From the IMG/VR virus record IMGVR_UViG_3300031994_000034: 64,000 nucleotides of DNA; one strand, given 5' to 3'. Shown here in pieces: positions 43,982 to 52,106 of this stretch. The DNA comes from a virus. The notes under the pieces were generated by a model, which had not been told where the DNA came from, made no database searches, and saw nothing but the letters and a program-made list of their open reading frames with translations. The position numbers and the translations under genes were made by a program. Numbering within the stretch: position 1 is the stretch's first letter; each line of letters opens with the position of its first letter.

Positions 43982-44003
43982 GCGCGGCCCGAAAGGGCTG
44001 CGC
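43982..44003 (+). other. GC-rich hairpin with a GAAA tetraloop downstream of VR
   Basis: 9-bp stem (gcgcggccc / gggctgcgc, one G-U pair) with loop GAAA, 42 nt after the target stop. A second 7-bp GC hairpin lies at 44007-44025. Confidence 0.7.
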
Positions 44004-44187
44004 CCCGCCGCCGCCCAGCGGCGGCCAGCTCCCAGGGCAGAGGTGTCGCCTGCCCAACACTGAAATCCATGCCGACGGCCAGCGGCGCAAGCGAATCGGA
44101 GTAGCCGCCGTCGGTGAGGTTGATGCCCGGCAGTGTGCGCGGCGCCCCACGCCGCGACCACAGGGTTACAAGGCAGCTGCACTGTAC

Positions 44188-44302
44188 GGTGCGCGGCTTC
44201 CGGCGCGGCAACCACGTGAACAACACGAACCTGTCTCCGCTCTACGTGAACGCCAACAATGCGCCCTCGAACGCGAACACGAACATCGCGTTCGGCAACT
44301 GT
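44188..44302 (+). other. DGR template repeat (TR)
   Basis: AAC/AAT-rich copy of the VR carrying 27 adenines, located between the target gene and the RT. Confidence 0.9.
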
Positions 44303-44598
44303 AAAGCAAAGCGTCTCGCGGTTTCCCCCGCGATATTCCCAATAAGTCCTCCAGCAGCCCCGACCTGAGCCGCACGGAGGCAGGTGCAGAGCCTGGCTGA
44401 CGAAGAGAGCCGAACAACGCAAAGAAAAGGTGCCAAAACCACCAGCCGACCGGGCACAGTGCCCAGCGGTTTACCCGCTGGAATCACGCATAGCCAAGAC
44501 AGGGTAGGCTGCCGTATAGTCAAAAGCGGCAATCGGCGCACACAGGTCACACAGCGCCCGGAGGTTTCCCCACCGGGACAAAAAAAGAGAAGAAAGCA

Positions 44599-45939
44599 AT
44601 GTCCATATCCACCTGGCACAACACCCTCGCCGCCCTCCCAGCTGCCGTACACGACAGTTACATGGCCAAGACCGCTCGCCAGCGCTCTAAGCGCGAGGTG
44701 CAGCGCGTCATGGCCGATGTGGACACCTTCTGCCGCCAGAAACAAACAGAACTAAAAAACAATACCTACCGCGTAGGCCCCTACCGCCACTTCCGCCTTA
44801 CGGACAAGAAGAAAGAGCGAGACATCAGCGTACTCCCCTACTCCGACCGCTGCGTCCAGAACGCCGTCAAGGATGCCATACAGCCACTGCTCCTCCGACA
44901 GATGACCGATGATATGCTGGGAGGGCTCCCGGAACGCGGTGTTTTAAGCGCAGTGACGAGATATTCTGTCGTGAAAAAAATACGGCGACTGATGAACGAC
45001 AAATCGCTAAGATACTACCTGCAGGGCGACATCCGAAAGTTCTACGACTCCATCGACAACGTAGTGGCCATGAGGCTCATCGAGCAAAAAGTCAAGGACC
45101 AACGGACACGCGCGCTCATCAGGCAGCACATCTTCAACCAGAAGCGGCTGGCCATCGGCGACCCCTTCTCTCACCTCATCGCCAACCTCGTCATGTCCTG
45201 CGTCATCCGTAAGGCAAAAGCCAAGTATGGTCGTCGCATCCACCTCATCAACTTCGCAGACGACTTCATAGCCTTCGCCAAGGACAAAGCCACCCTTACC
45301 GCCCTCCGCAGCGACATGAACCGCTGGGCCAAAACCCTCCGCCTCCACTACAAGCCCCTCTACATCCGCCCCGTCACCCATCCCCACTGTGCCTGGCGGT
45401 TTTCCCGCCCGGCCCCCATCACCTTCTGCGGCTACCGCTTCGGCCCCGCCTACGTCCACCTCACCCGCCGCACCAAGCTCCGCTACATCCGCACCCGTCA
45501 TCGCCGCCGCTCCCTCGCCAGCTACCAAGGCATCCTCGCCGTGGCCGACACACGCCACCTCCGTCACCTCATCCAGTACAACGACAATCACCATATGACA
45601 GAGAAAATACGTCGCCCCTTCGCGGGGCGCCCCATGAAGATTGAAACACTCGAAGGCATACCACACACCATCGTCAATGTCGTCGAGAAACCGTCGCGAC
45701 AGCGCGACAGCGAAACCTACATGCACGTTCAGGCTATCGCCGACGGACTCGGACTCATCGTCTATTCCACCGCAGCATCCAAGATATGCGCCTACCTCCG
45801 TGCTGCATACCGGCCAGGAATGCCGATGCCAGACATGCGCATCGTCCACGACTGGAGCGGATTCTACTACGAAGGCACCGTCTATACCGACGCCGAGGAA
45901 GAAGAAATGATACGCAAGCAATACAACATACCCAAGTAA
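44599..45939 (+). CDS. DGR reverse transcriptase
   Basis: RT motifs 'ERDISVLPYSDRCVQNAV', 'YYLQGDIRKFYDSID', 'LAIGDPFSHLIANL' (the DGR-type [ILV]GxxxSQ block, here ending in SH), the catalytic 'INFADDFIAF', and 'FCGYRF'. Confidence 0.9.
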   Translation: MSISTWHNTLAALPAAVHDSYMAKTARQRSKREVQRVMADVDTFCRQKQTELKNNTYRVGPYRHFRLTDKKKERDISVLPYSDRCVQNAVKDAIQPLLLRQMTDDMLGGLPERGVLSAVTRYSVVKKIRRLMNDKSLRYYLQGDIRKFYDSIDNVVAMRLIEQKVKDQRTRALIRQHIFNQKRLAIGDPFSHLIANLVMSCVIRKAKAKYGRRIHLINFADDFIAFAKDKATLTALRSDMNRWAKTLRLHYKPLYIRPVTHPHCAWRFSRPAPITFCGYRFGPAYVHLTRRTKLRYIRTRHRRRSLASYQGILAVADTRHLRHLIQYNDNHHMTEKIRRPFAGRPMKIETLEGIPHTIVNVVEKPSRQRDSETYMHVQAIADGLGLIVYSTAASKICAYLRAAYRPGMPMPDMRIVHDWSGFYYEGTVYTDAEEEEMIRKQYNIPK

Positions 45940-45946
45940 CACAACT

Positions 45947-46282
45947 ATGTACACCGAACGTTTTACCGAACCGCACAAGCAAGGCCTGGAGCGGTTTACC
46001 AACAGCAACGCAGGGCGCTTCTTCACCAGCGAGCGCACCGAGCAAGTCACAGACCCCGAGACACAGGAAAAGCACACCGAGTACGTCTATGACGTCTATG
46101 AGGTGGCAGACTGCCGCGACCCCCACAAGGTCAAGAACGGTGTCATCACCGACGTACACCCATTCGGCGACGAGACCAAGATCCTGCGCAAGACCCTCCG
46201 CAAGATGCTAAGCGAGGCAAAGTACAACAGCGATGACTTCGCTGAGTTCCGAACCTACAACGAGTTCTGCGAGAGTGTATAA
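45947..46282 (+). CDS. hypothetical protein
   Basis: 111-aa ORF immediately after the RT. It is not Avd-like (acidic, no helical-bundle character that I can see). Confidence 0.6.
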   Translation: MYTERFTEPHKQGLERFTNSNAGRFFTSERTEQVTDPETQEKHTEYVYDVYEVADCRDPHKVKNGVITDVHPFGDETKILRKTLRKMLSEAKYNSDDFAEFRTYNEFCESV

Positions 46283-46315
46283 ACCCAAGTATCACCTTAA
46301 ACACGCAAACAAATC

Positions 46316-46672
46316 ATGGCTACATTCTACAAGGGCGACGAGATTAAGTTCGCCATCAACCTCGAAGCTCCAGGCTTCGACATGAATACGGACGACTTCG
46401 ACATTGAGGTCAAGTCTGGCAATACCAGTGTAAAAGGTTACAAGACACCGCCTGCAGGCACGACGACCCCTGCCCTTGTCATCTTCAAAGAGACACAGGA
46501 AGGTGAGGGGGGCGAGGCTACAAGTCAATGGTACGCCATTGCCGATACGGCAACCTTGGCTACAGGCACTATGCGAGTTATTGCAACCGCATACATCGTC
46601 GATGTCAACGCAAACGACGGCATACGCAAGAACATTGCAGTGCAGTCGCTCGGGCAACTTAAAGATGCTTAA
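46316..46672 (+). CDS. hypothetical protein
   Basis: 118-aa ORF. Confidence 0.65.
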   Translation: MATFYKGDEIKFAINLEAPGFDMNTDDFDIEVKSGNTSVKGYKTPPAGTTTPALVIFKETQEGEGGEATSQWYAIADTATLATGTMRVIATAYIVDVNANDGIRKNIAVQSLGQLKDA

Positions 46673-46677
46673 CCGCT

Positions 46678-46989
46678 ATGACCTGCCTTGACTTTGCAAT
46701 CGCGCCCGCTCGGCAGGCATCCCTCCTTGTCGCCGTCACCGCCGCCAGCCTCTCCATTGAGACGGCGGCGATGGCGCAGGTGGATGTGACGCCTGCAGCT
46801 CAGGCTTCTGCTTCGGTGGTTCCAACTCCTGATGTGAAAATCACGGTCGCTCCTAACCCGCAGGTGCGGCTCAGCATCGGCGAGGTGTGTACCATATCCA
46901 GAGGTACGCTTGTGGTGCTCGCCGCAAGCGACGGGCCGCTACGCACTCGCGATGGAGGATTCTTCCTCCTGAATCCTGCTACGAACTAA
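46678..46989 (+). CDS. hypothetical protein
   Basis: 103-aa Ala/Val/Pro-rich ORF. Confidence 0.5.
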   Translation: MTCLDFAIAPARQASLLVAVTAASLSIETAAMAQVDVTPAAQASASVVPTPDVKITVAPNPQVRLSIGEVCTISRGTLVVLAASDGPLRTRDGGFFLLNPATN

Positions 46990-47068
46990 GATTCTCTTCG
47001 GGGATAGAAAAAAAAAAAAGTCCCCGACCTCTGCACTAATAAGCTCTCTTACCCTCTTATTGCACGAC

Positions 47069-47137
47069 ACCACCACTCTGGCGGAAAGGCCGGGGACCCT
47101 AAGTCCTCACTTTCCCAGAGTGGTGGTTGTTTTTTTC
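47069..47137 (+). terminator. long hairpin terminator
   Basis: 13-bp outer stem accaccactctgg / ccagagtggtggt, further inner pairing, then a T7 run. It is preceded by the hairpin cgggga-A12 loop-tccccg at 46999-47027. Confidence 0.75.
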
Positions 47138-47191
47138 GCCGCATGAAGGTAAGAGTTTGCAAATGTATAAATAAATTTTGAAATACAACGT

Positions 47192-47419
47192 ATGATACGT
47201 GCAGAAATTATCGAATTTAACAAAGAATTGCTTCAAAAGTTGAAAGAAGCAGGCGTAAAACTGGAAGATTACCGCTATTGCGACCTCTACCGAGACTATA
47301 TGGAAATGTCGCACACAGAGCGCAACCGCAAGGTGGTGTTCCTCACGCTGGCCCAAAGATATGGTATCAGCGACCGTCAGGTTTACAACATCGTTAACCA
47401 CATGAAATCTGTTGTTTGA
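47192..47419 (+). CDS. small HTH protein, Mor-like late-activator candidate
   Basis: The C-terminal 'LAQRYGISDRQVYNIVNH' is HTH-like. It stands alone between strong terminators and late genes. AT-rich upstream sequence with TTTG / TAAATTTTG boxes. Confidence 0.45.
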   Translation: MIRAEIIEFNKELLQKLKEAGVKLEDYRYCDLYRDYMEMSHTERNRKVVFLTLAQRYGISDRQVYNIVNHMKSVV

Positions 47420-47585
47420 CAATCGCTTGAAACAGCTGCTTCGGGGATGAAGCGCAGACTTCGGGTGCTTTCATGTAATTGTCTTTGTGTAAGGCAGATA
47501 AGCAGGTAATTTTGCCGTCGGGTTCTTCCTGTAAGACCCGCGAGACTATTTACCTTTTTATCCACACACAAAACACATTTTCATT

Positions 47586-48671
47586 ATGTCAGACATGAAA
47601 GTATTTTCCATCCCTGACGCGAATGGCGGCAGTGGCAATGCGCTTGCCAACGGCATCGTGCCCTTCATACTCGGTGCGGGTATGAGCGGCGGCATGGGCT
47701 TCGGCGGCTTCGGCGGTGGCTATGGCGGCTGGAACGCGCTGAACATGAACAACATCACTGAGTTGTTCGCAATGGGTATCCTTGCCAGCATGTTCGGCTG
47801 GAACGGCAACGGAGGCTTCGGCGGCATGGGCGGTGCCAACGGCGTCGGTTTCCTCGCCAACCAGTTGAACAACGACAACGGCCGCGACCTGATTATGCAG
47901 GCAGTGACCAGTCAGGGTGAGCAGAGCCGCACGGCTACACAGACCCTCTCCACGATGCTGGGTCAGGACTTCAACCTTGTCAACAGCGGCATCCAGCTCA
48001 TCCAGTCTTCACTGGCAAACATCGCCGCACAGCAGGGCATGACTCCGCTGCAAATCATCAACAGCATCCAGAGTGGCAACGCTGCCCTCAGTCAGCAACT
48101 GTGTCAGTGCTGCTGCGACAACAAGTTCGCCATTGCACAGCAGACCAGCGAACTTCAGCAGGGCATGAACGCTGGTTTCAACGGCGTGCAGATGGGACTC
48201 AACCAAGGTTTCAACGGCGTGGAACGCGGACTTGGCGGCATTCAGACGCAGATGGCACTGAACGCTGGAAAGGACGAACTGGCAACTTGTCAGCAGACCT
48301 ACACGCTCACCGACGGTGCCAACCGCAACACGCAGGCTGTCCTCGCCAAACTCGATGCTATGCAGACCCAGGCTCTGCAGGACAAGCTCGATGCTGCCCG
48401 CGAGAAGAACACGCAGTTGACCAGCGAAATCAGCCAGCTGAACCAGAACCAGTACATCGCTGGTGTGGTAGGTCAGACGATGGCTCCGGTCAACGCCCAG
48501 CTCGCCGCCCTCAACAAGGAGGTCGATGACATCAAGTGCAAGCTGCCCAACACCGTCAACGTACAGTACCCGAACCTCGTGGCTGTCAATGCTACACCAT
48601 ACGTTAGCGGAGGCATCTACCCTAACGGCATATTCGGCGGTGGTTACAACTACGGCAACTACGGTTTCTAA
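47586..48671 (+). CDS. Gly/aromatic-rich and Gln/Asn-rich late protein
   Basis: 361-aa ORF. The N-terminal 'GGMGFGGFGGGYGGWN' and C-terminal 'GGGYNYGNYGF' low-complexity ends flank a Q/N-rich coiled region. Confidence 0.75.
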   Translation: MSDMKVFSIPDANGGSGNALANGIVPFILGAGMSGGMGFGGFGGGYGGWNALNMNNITELFAMGILASMFGWNGNGGFGGMGGANGVGFLANQLNNDNGRDLIMQAVTSQGEQSRTATQTLSTMLGQDFNLVNSGIQLIQSSLANIAAQQGMTPLQIINSIQSGNAALSQQLCQCCCDNKFAIAQQTSELQQGMNAGFNGVQMGLNQGFNGVERGLGGIQTQMALNAGKDELATCQQTYTLTDGANRNTQAVLAKLDAMQTQALQDKLDAAREKNTQLTSEISQLNQNQYIAGVVGQTMAPVNAQLAALNKEVDDIKCKLPNTVNVQYPNLVAVNATPYVSGGIYPNGIFGGGYNYGNYGF

Positions 48672-48686
48672 GGAAGGAGGTGAATC

Positions 48687-49031
48687 ATGGGATGCTATGC
48701 AAACATGCCTACTAACATCAACGGGATTCCCTATCTGCGCTCGACCAACACGACCGTAGGCACCACCACCGTGGACCTTGCCCTCGGCTCTTACCGTCGT
48801 CCGCTTCCTCCCGTTGGATACTTCACGGTGCGGATTGCCGATGCCATCCCGACGGGCACGACAACGACGCTGCCTGTCACTCTGACCCGCAACGGACAAA
48901 CCCGCGCCCTCACCCTCTTCGACGGCACACCCGTCACCGTGGCCGACCTCATCGGTGGCACTGGCGTTTTCCTCGTCTTCAACGACGAAGAGAGCGGTAT
49001 TCTGCAACTGATGACACGCACCGTCGTCTAA
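48687..49031 (+). CDS. hypothetical late protein
   Basis: 114-aa ORF. Confidence 0.65.
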   Translation: MGCYANMPTNINGIPYLRSTNTTVGTTTVDLALGSYRRPLPPVGYFTVRIADAIPTGTTTTLPVTLTRNGQTRALTLFDGTPVTVADLIGGTGVFLVFNDEESGILQLMTRTVV

Positions 49032-49099
49032 CCTCTTTCACGGCAGACGGCGGTTCTGCTGCCGCCTGTCATTATTAAACACCAAAAAGTATCAACCAA

Positions 49100-49651
49100 A
49101 TGGATTTCCAAAGTTTACGTCCAGGCAGTGCTATATACATCCTGCACCGCGAAACAACGCCACAGCTCATCGTGGCAACCGTCCAGAACAAACCCGAGCC
49201 AAAGCCTCGCTACATGACGCAGACTCCGGCAGCCACTCCAGCCGCCTACGCCGGCACAAACATGATGGCGCCCGTGGTCGAAGTCGTAGCCCGCTGCGGC
49301 ACCGAAGATGTACCCTTCAGTAACCTCACCCCCACCGACACCTCTGCCACCTATAACAACGGTCAAACATTCATCACCACCACGCCAGACGCTATGCTGC
49401 CTGCCGTTGATGCGATGATTCAGGAGAGCCGCAAGGCGCTCGAAAAGGTGGATTTCCACAAGACGGTTCTCGTAGAAGGTGAGAAGATGCTCGAAACCCT
49501 TAATCCGCGATACCGCGAGGAGAAGGAGCAGAAACAGGACATTGCCAACCTGAAGGGACAGATGGGCGACATCGTGAACACCATGAACACCATGATGACC
49601 ATGATGCAGGACCTGAAGAAAGGCATCTCGTCTGCGGCAAAGAGCAAGTAG
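49100..49651 (+). CDS. hypothetical late protein
   Basis: 183-aa ORF. Confidence 0.7.
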   Translation: MDFQSLRPGSAIYILHRETTPQLIVATVQNKPEPKPRYMTQTPAATPAAYAGTNMMAPVVEVVARCGTEDVPFSNLTPTDTSATYNNGQTFITTTPDAMLPAVDAMIQESRKALEKVDFHKTVLVEGEKMLETLNPRYREEKEQKQDIANLKGQMGDIVNTMNTMMTMMQDLKKGISSAAKSK

Positions 49652-49674
49652 AAATCCCTAACCTCATTACGACT

Positions 49675-49989
49675 ATGATTTTCGGAATAGAGTTTCGCGA
49701 CGAGCACGATAAGCAGGAGCTCGTCGAAAAGGCACAGGCTGCCAAGGAAGCCGTCTGTGATCTTTGGGAGAAGATGGCACAGCACATGCCGGAACTCCAG
49801 CAAGTCCAGGAGCGCAATGCCCGCTATCGCAGCGGCATGATGGGCAACCCCGGTGGCTGGAACGGCAACGTAGGCTACCGCAACTACGGTGGCGGTTATA
49901 ACATGACTGGAGGCCCCTCAATGGGTGGCTACCCCATGTACCGCGAGAACCCGGCCTACACCGGCTACGGCGACCGCCCCGGTTACTAA
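49675..49989 (+). CDS. late protein with a G/Y/N/P-rich C-terminal tail
   Basis: 104-aa ORF ending 'GGWNGNVGYRNYGGGYNMTGGPSMGGYPMY...'. Confidence 0.6.
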   Translation: MIFGIEFRDEHDKQELVEKAQAAKEAVCDLWEKMAQHMPELQQVQERNARYRSGMMGNPGGWNGNVGYRNYGGGYNMTGGPSMGGYPMYRENPAYTGYGDRPGY

Positions 49990-50042
49990 GCCATTCTTGC
50001 GCCCTGCGGTTTTCCCGCAGAGCCTCCCTCCCTTTCCCGAGT

Positions 50043-50065
50043 GGGCGGCGGTTCAGCCGCCGCCC
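50043..50065 (+). terminator. GC hairpin terminator
   Basis: 9-bp stem gggcggcgg / ccgccgccc with a 5-nt loop and a T-rich tail. A second hairpin, ctgcgg-ttttc-ccgcag, lies at 50004-50020. Confidence 0.6.
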
Positions 50066-50130
50066 CTCATTTCCCTTTTTCTCTGTCACGTATGTTGCGA
50101 TTTTATCGCAACCCTAAAATTAAAAAAACA

Positions 50131-50550
50131 ATGCAAGACCTCCGTCAATTCGATATTCTTCCCAGTGGCCTTCGCGCCTACCTTGCCCAGTACGGCCACC
50201 ACTTTTCCAAGCCTCTCTGCGACTACGCCGTATCGCTCATGCAGAAAGCAGGTCCAGACGGCAAACCTGTCGCCATCACACCCATGTCCCGCGAGGAAGT
50301 CGATACCCTCCTCAAGACCCACGGTGTAGAGTTGAAGAACAACGTCCTCTACGACCATGTGTTCGTCGCCAACATGGTCAAGTCCGACCAGCTCGGATCT
50401 TCCATCGTCGATGCCAAGCACCACGCACTCGCCATCAAGGACTACATTGATGACGTTGACAAGGCCGAAGGCTACCTCTTTGATCGCTGGATGTCCGACC
50501 TCTGTGGTCTCGGCCCAAAGTACATCCCCTACTGGGAAGATATGATTTAA
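50131..50550 (+). CDS. hypothetical late protein
   Basis: ATG (MQDLRQFD...) within track ORF 50041..50550, whose upstream part covers the terminators. Confidence 0.65.
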   Translation: MQDLRQFDILPSGLRAYLAQYGHHFSKPLCDYAVSLMQKAGPDGKPVAITPMSREEVDTLLKTHGVELKNNVLYDHVFVANMVKSDQLGSSIVDAKHHALAIKDYIDDVDKAEGYLFDRWMSDLCGLGPKYIPYWEDMI

Positions 50551-50590
50551 CCTGTTATGTGCCGTGCCACTCTGTGACACGGAATAGCCT

Positions 50591-50986
50591 ATGCTTCGCG
50601 ATTATCTCGACATTAATCGTCACTGGGGCATCCTCGCATACTACGATGCCCTCCCATCCGACTTCGCCCAACTCGCGCCTATCCTGCGTGAGTTCGGGTG
50701 CCCTGAGTCTGAAATCGGACGTGCCTACAGCACCATCCACCGCACTAACAAAGCCTTTGTCTTCACCGCACCCTGGGCACGTATGTCCGTCATGGTCGTG
50801 GGTCGCGTCACCCATCCATCACAGTTCCTCAACTCCCTTCTCCATGAGTTCGACCATCTGCAGGACGCCATCCTCCAATACTACCAGGTTGAGCACGGCA
50901 CTGAGGACGCAGCCTATCTCCAGGGCTATCTTGGACAAATTGCCTACGAAGGCATCCTTCCCCTCCTCTGTCCCGCCTGCTCTTAG
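50591..50986 (+). CDS. putative zinc metallopeptidase-like protein (HExxH)
   Basis: 131-aa ORF with 'LLHEFDHLQD'. No further family evidence. Confidence 0.45.
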   Translation: MLRDYLDINRHWGILAYYDALPSDFAQLAPILREFGCPESEIGRAYSTIHRTNKAFVFTAPWARMSVMVVGRVTHPSQFLNSLLHEFDHLQDAILQYYQVEHGTEDAAYLQGYLGQIAYEGILPLLCPACS

Positions 50987-51013
50987 TGCGCCATGCGGTT
51001 TCCCGCATGGATG

Positions 51014-51053
51014 CTTGCCCTTGATTCCCGTCCCGTATTTTGCGATATTGTCG
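51014..51053 (+). promoter_or_regulatory. late promoter-like motif P6 (CTTGCCCTTGAT-N-ATATTGTCG)
   Basis: It follows the hairpin 50991-51010 and precedes ATG 51064. The downstream box lies in the palindrome TTGCGAtattgTCGCAA. Confidence 0.45.
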
Positions 51054-51063
51054 CAAAAAGAGT

Positions 51064-51558
51064 ATGACCAACTGCAAAGAATTTGTCCTGGACGACGTGA
51101 TGGCCGTCACAGCCATCCCTCTTGCCAACATCTCGGCGAGCAACATCACCTCGCCCGTCAACCAACTCTCCCCCACCCTTCCCTCGTCCACCATCGTTCC
51201 CTCCATGCTATCCGGCTCCATCACCATTGGCTTGCAGCCCGCTGTCCTTGGTGGCACACTCATCCACATCATGCGAAAGTCGGGCAAAGCCAAAGACGAC
51301 GAGAACGACAGCGTAGCCGGACGGCTCCACACCGTCACCGTCACCTGCGAAGCCGACGACCGCGACCCCGACGTGTGGAATCACCTCCTCACCTTGGAGC
51401 GCACTCCCTCCCATCTTCTGCTCACCTTCCGCGACAACACCCGTGCCTTCGTCTCTGCGACAGAAGATACATACCTCTGTAACGTTGAGCGTGACGGAAG
51501 CAAAACCTCCATCACGCTCAGGGTCCAGAATCTCATGGGCATCCAGCTCCTCGTGTAG
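51064..51558 (+). CDS. hypothetical late protein
   Basis: ATG (MTNCKEFV...) within track ORF 51040..51558. Confidence 0.65.
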   Translation: MTNCKEFVLDDVMAVTAIPLANISASNITSPVNQLSPTLPSSTIVPSMLSGSITIGLQPAVLGGTLIHIMRKSGKAKDDENDSVAGRLHTVTVTCEADDRDPDVWNHLLTLERTPSHLLLTFRDNTRAFVSATEDTYLCNVERDGSKTSITLRVQNLMGIQLLV

Positions 51559-51562
51559 TGCG

Positions 51563-51583
51563 CCGTGCGGTTCTCACGCACGG
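51563..51583. terminator. bidirectional hairpin between convergent genes
   Basis: 7-bp stem ccgtgcg / cgcacgg between the stops at 51558 (+) and 51594 (-). Confidence 0.55.
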
Positions 51584-51593
51584 GCTCTCTCCC

Positions 51594-52106
51594 TCACAGC
51601 TTCTCATACATCTCACGCAAGGTCGCTATTGTCCTTGCGTTTTTTGTTGCCATCGCCGCGAAGTGACCGCCATACGTCAGGTTGATTGGCCCACACAGGG
51701 CGATGTCGGGCAGCAGGATGGCCGTGTCGTTTTGCTGCACATTCCGCAGCGTCAGGCGGTCGGGGAAAGGATTCTCCTTTGCCCACGCCGATGCAAGCGG
51801 CGACTTGTTCTCCCGCAGGTCGGCGATGAGCATTAGGTGCCCGATGACGTACACCTTACCGCTGCCGTCGATTTTCGGCCATTGCTTGCGCATCCACGTT
51901 GCAAGCAACTCCGTTACCGTGTCGGGCAGTGCGGGCACCACAAGAAGCAAGTCTGCCTTGCCGCTATAGTGCATAAGAATGACGGGCAGTATCTCCGTCA
52001 GCGACAGGTCGCCGTAGCCGTGGAAGAAGTCGGTGCCGTCCTCGCCCAGTGCCTTGCGCAGCCGGGCGATGTGTTTCTGTGTGCAACAGGGTTCTATCAG
52101 GTGCAT
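51594..52106 (-). CDS. hypothetical protein (last gene of the morphogenesis operon)
   Basis: 170-aa ORF. Confidence 0.7.
   Translation of the reverse strand: MHLIEPCCTQKHIARLRKALGEDGTDFFHGYGDLSLTEILPVILMHYSGKADLLLVVPALPDTVTELLATWMRKQWPKIDGSGKVYVIGHLMLIADLRENKSPLASAWAKENPFPDRLTLRNVQQNDTAILLPDIALCGPINLTYGGHFAAMATKNARTIATLREMYEKL

Noticed and set aside
44114-44368. 84-aa ORF covering the template repeat ('...VRGFRRGNHVNNTNLSPLYVNANNAPSNANTNIAFGNC...').
   Set aside because: It is the TR read in the VR frame, and its Asn-rich sequence is the adenine-rich template. TRs are normally non-coding RNA templates, so it is annotated as the TR and not as a gene.
43772-44422. ORFs 43879..44304 (+), 43772..44422 (-), 43840..44226 (-) and 45947..46282 (+) considered as the missing Avd accessory gene.
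   Set aside because: The first three overlap the VR or TR and are Arg/Pro/Ala-rich frame artefacts. The last is acidic and lacks the basic helical character expected of Avd. None can be supported as an accessory factor from sequence alone.
50559-51482. 307-aa Pro/Ser/Thr/His-rich ORF on the + strand.
   Set aside because: It overlaps two better-formed ORFs (50591..50986 and 51064..51558) in another frame and crosses a terminator and a promoter-like motif. It is a low-complexity frame artefact.
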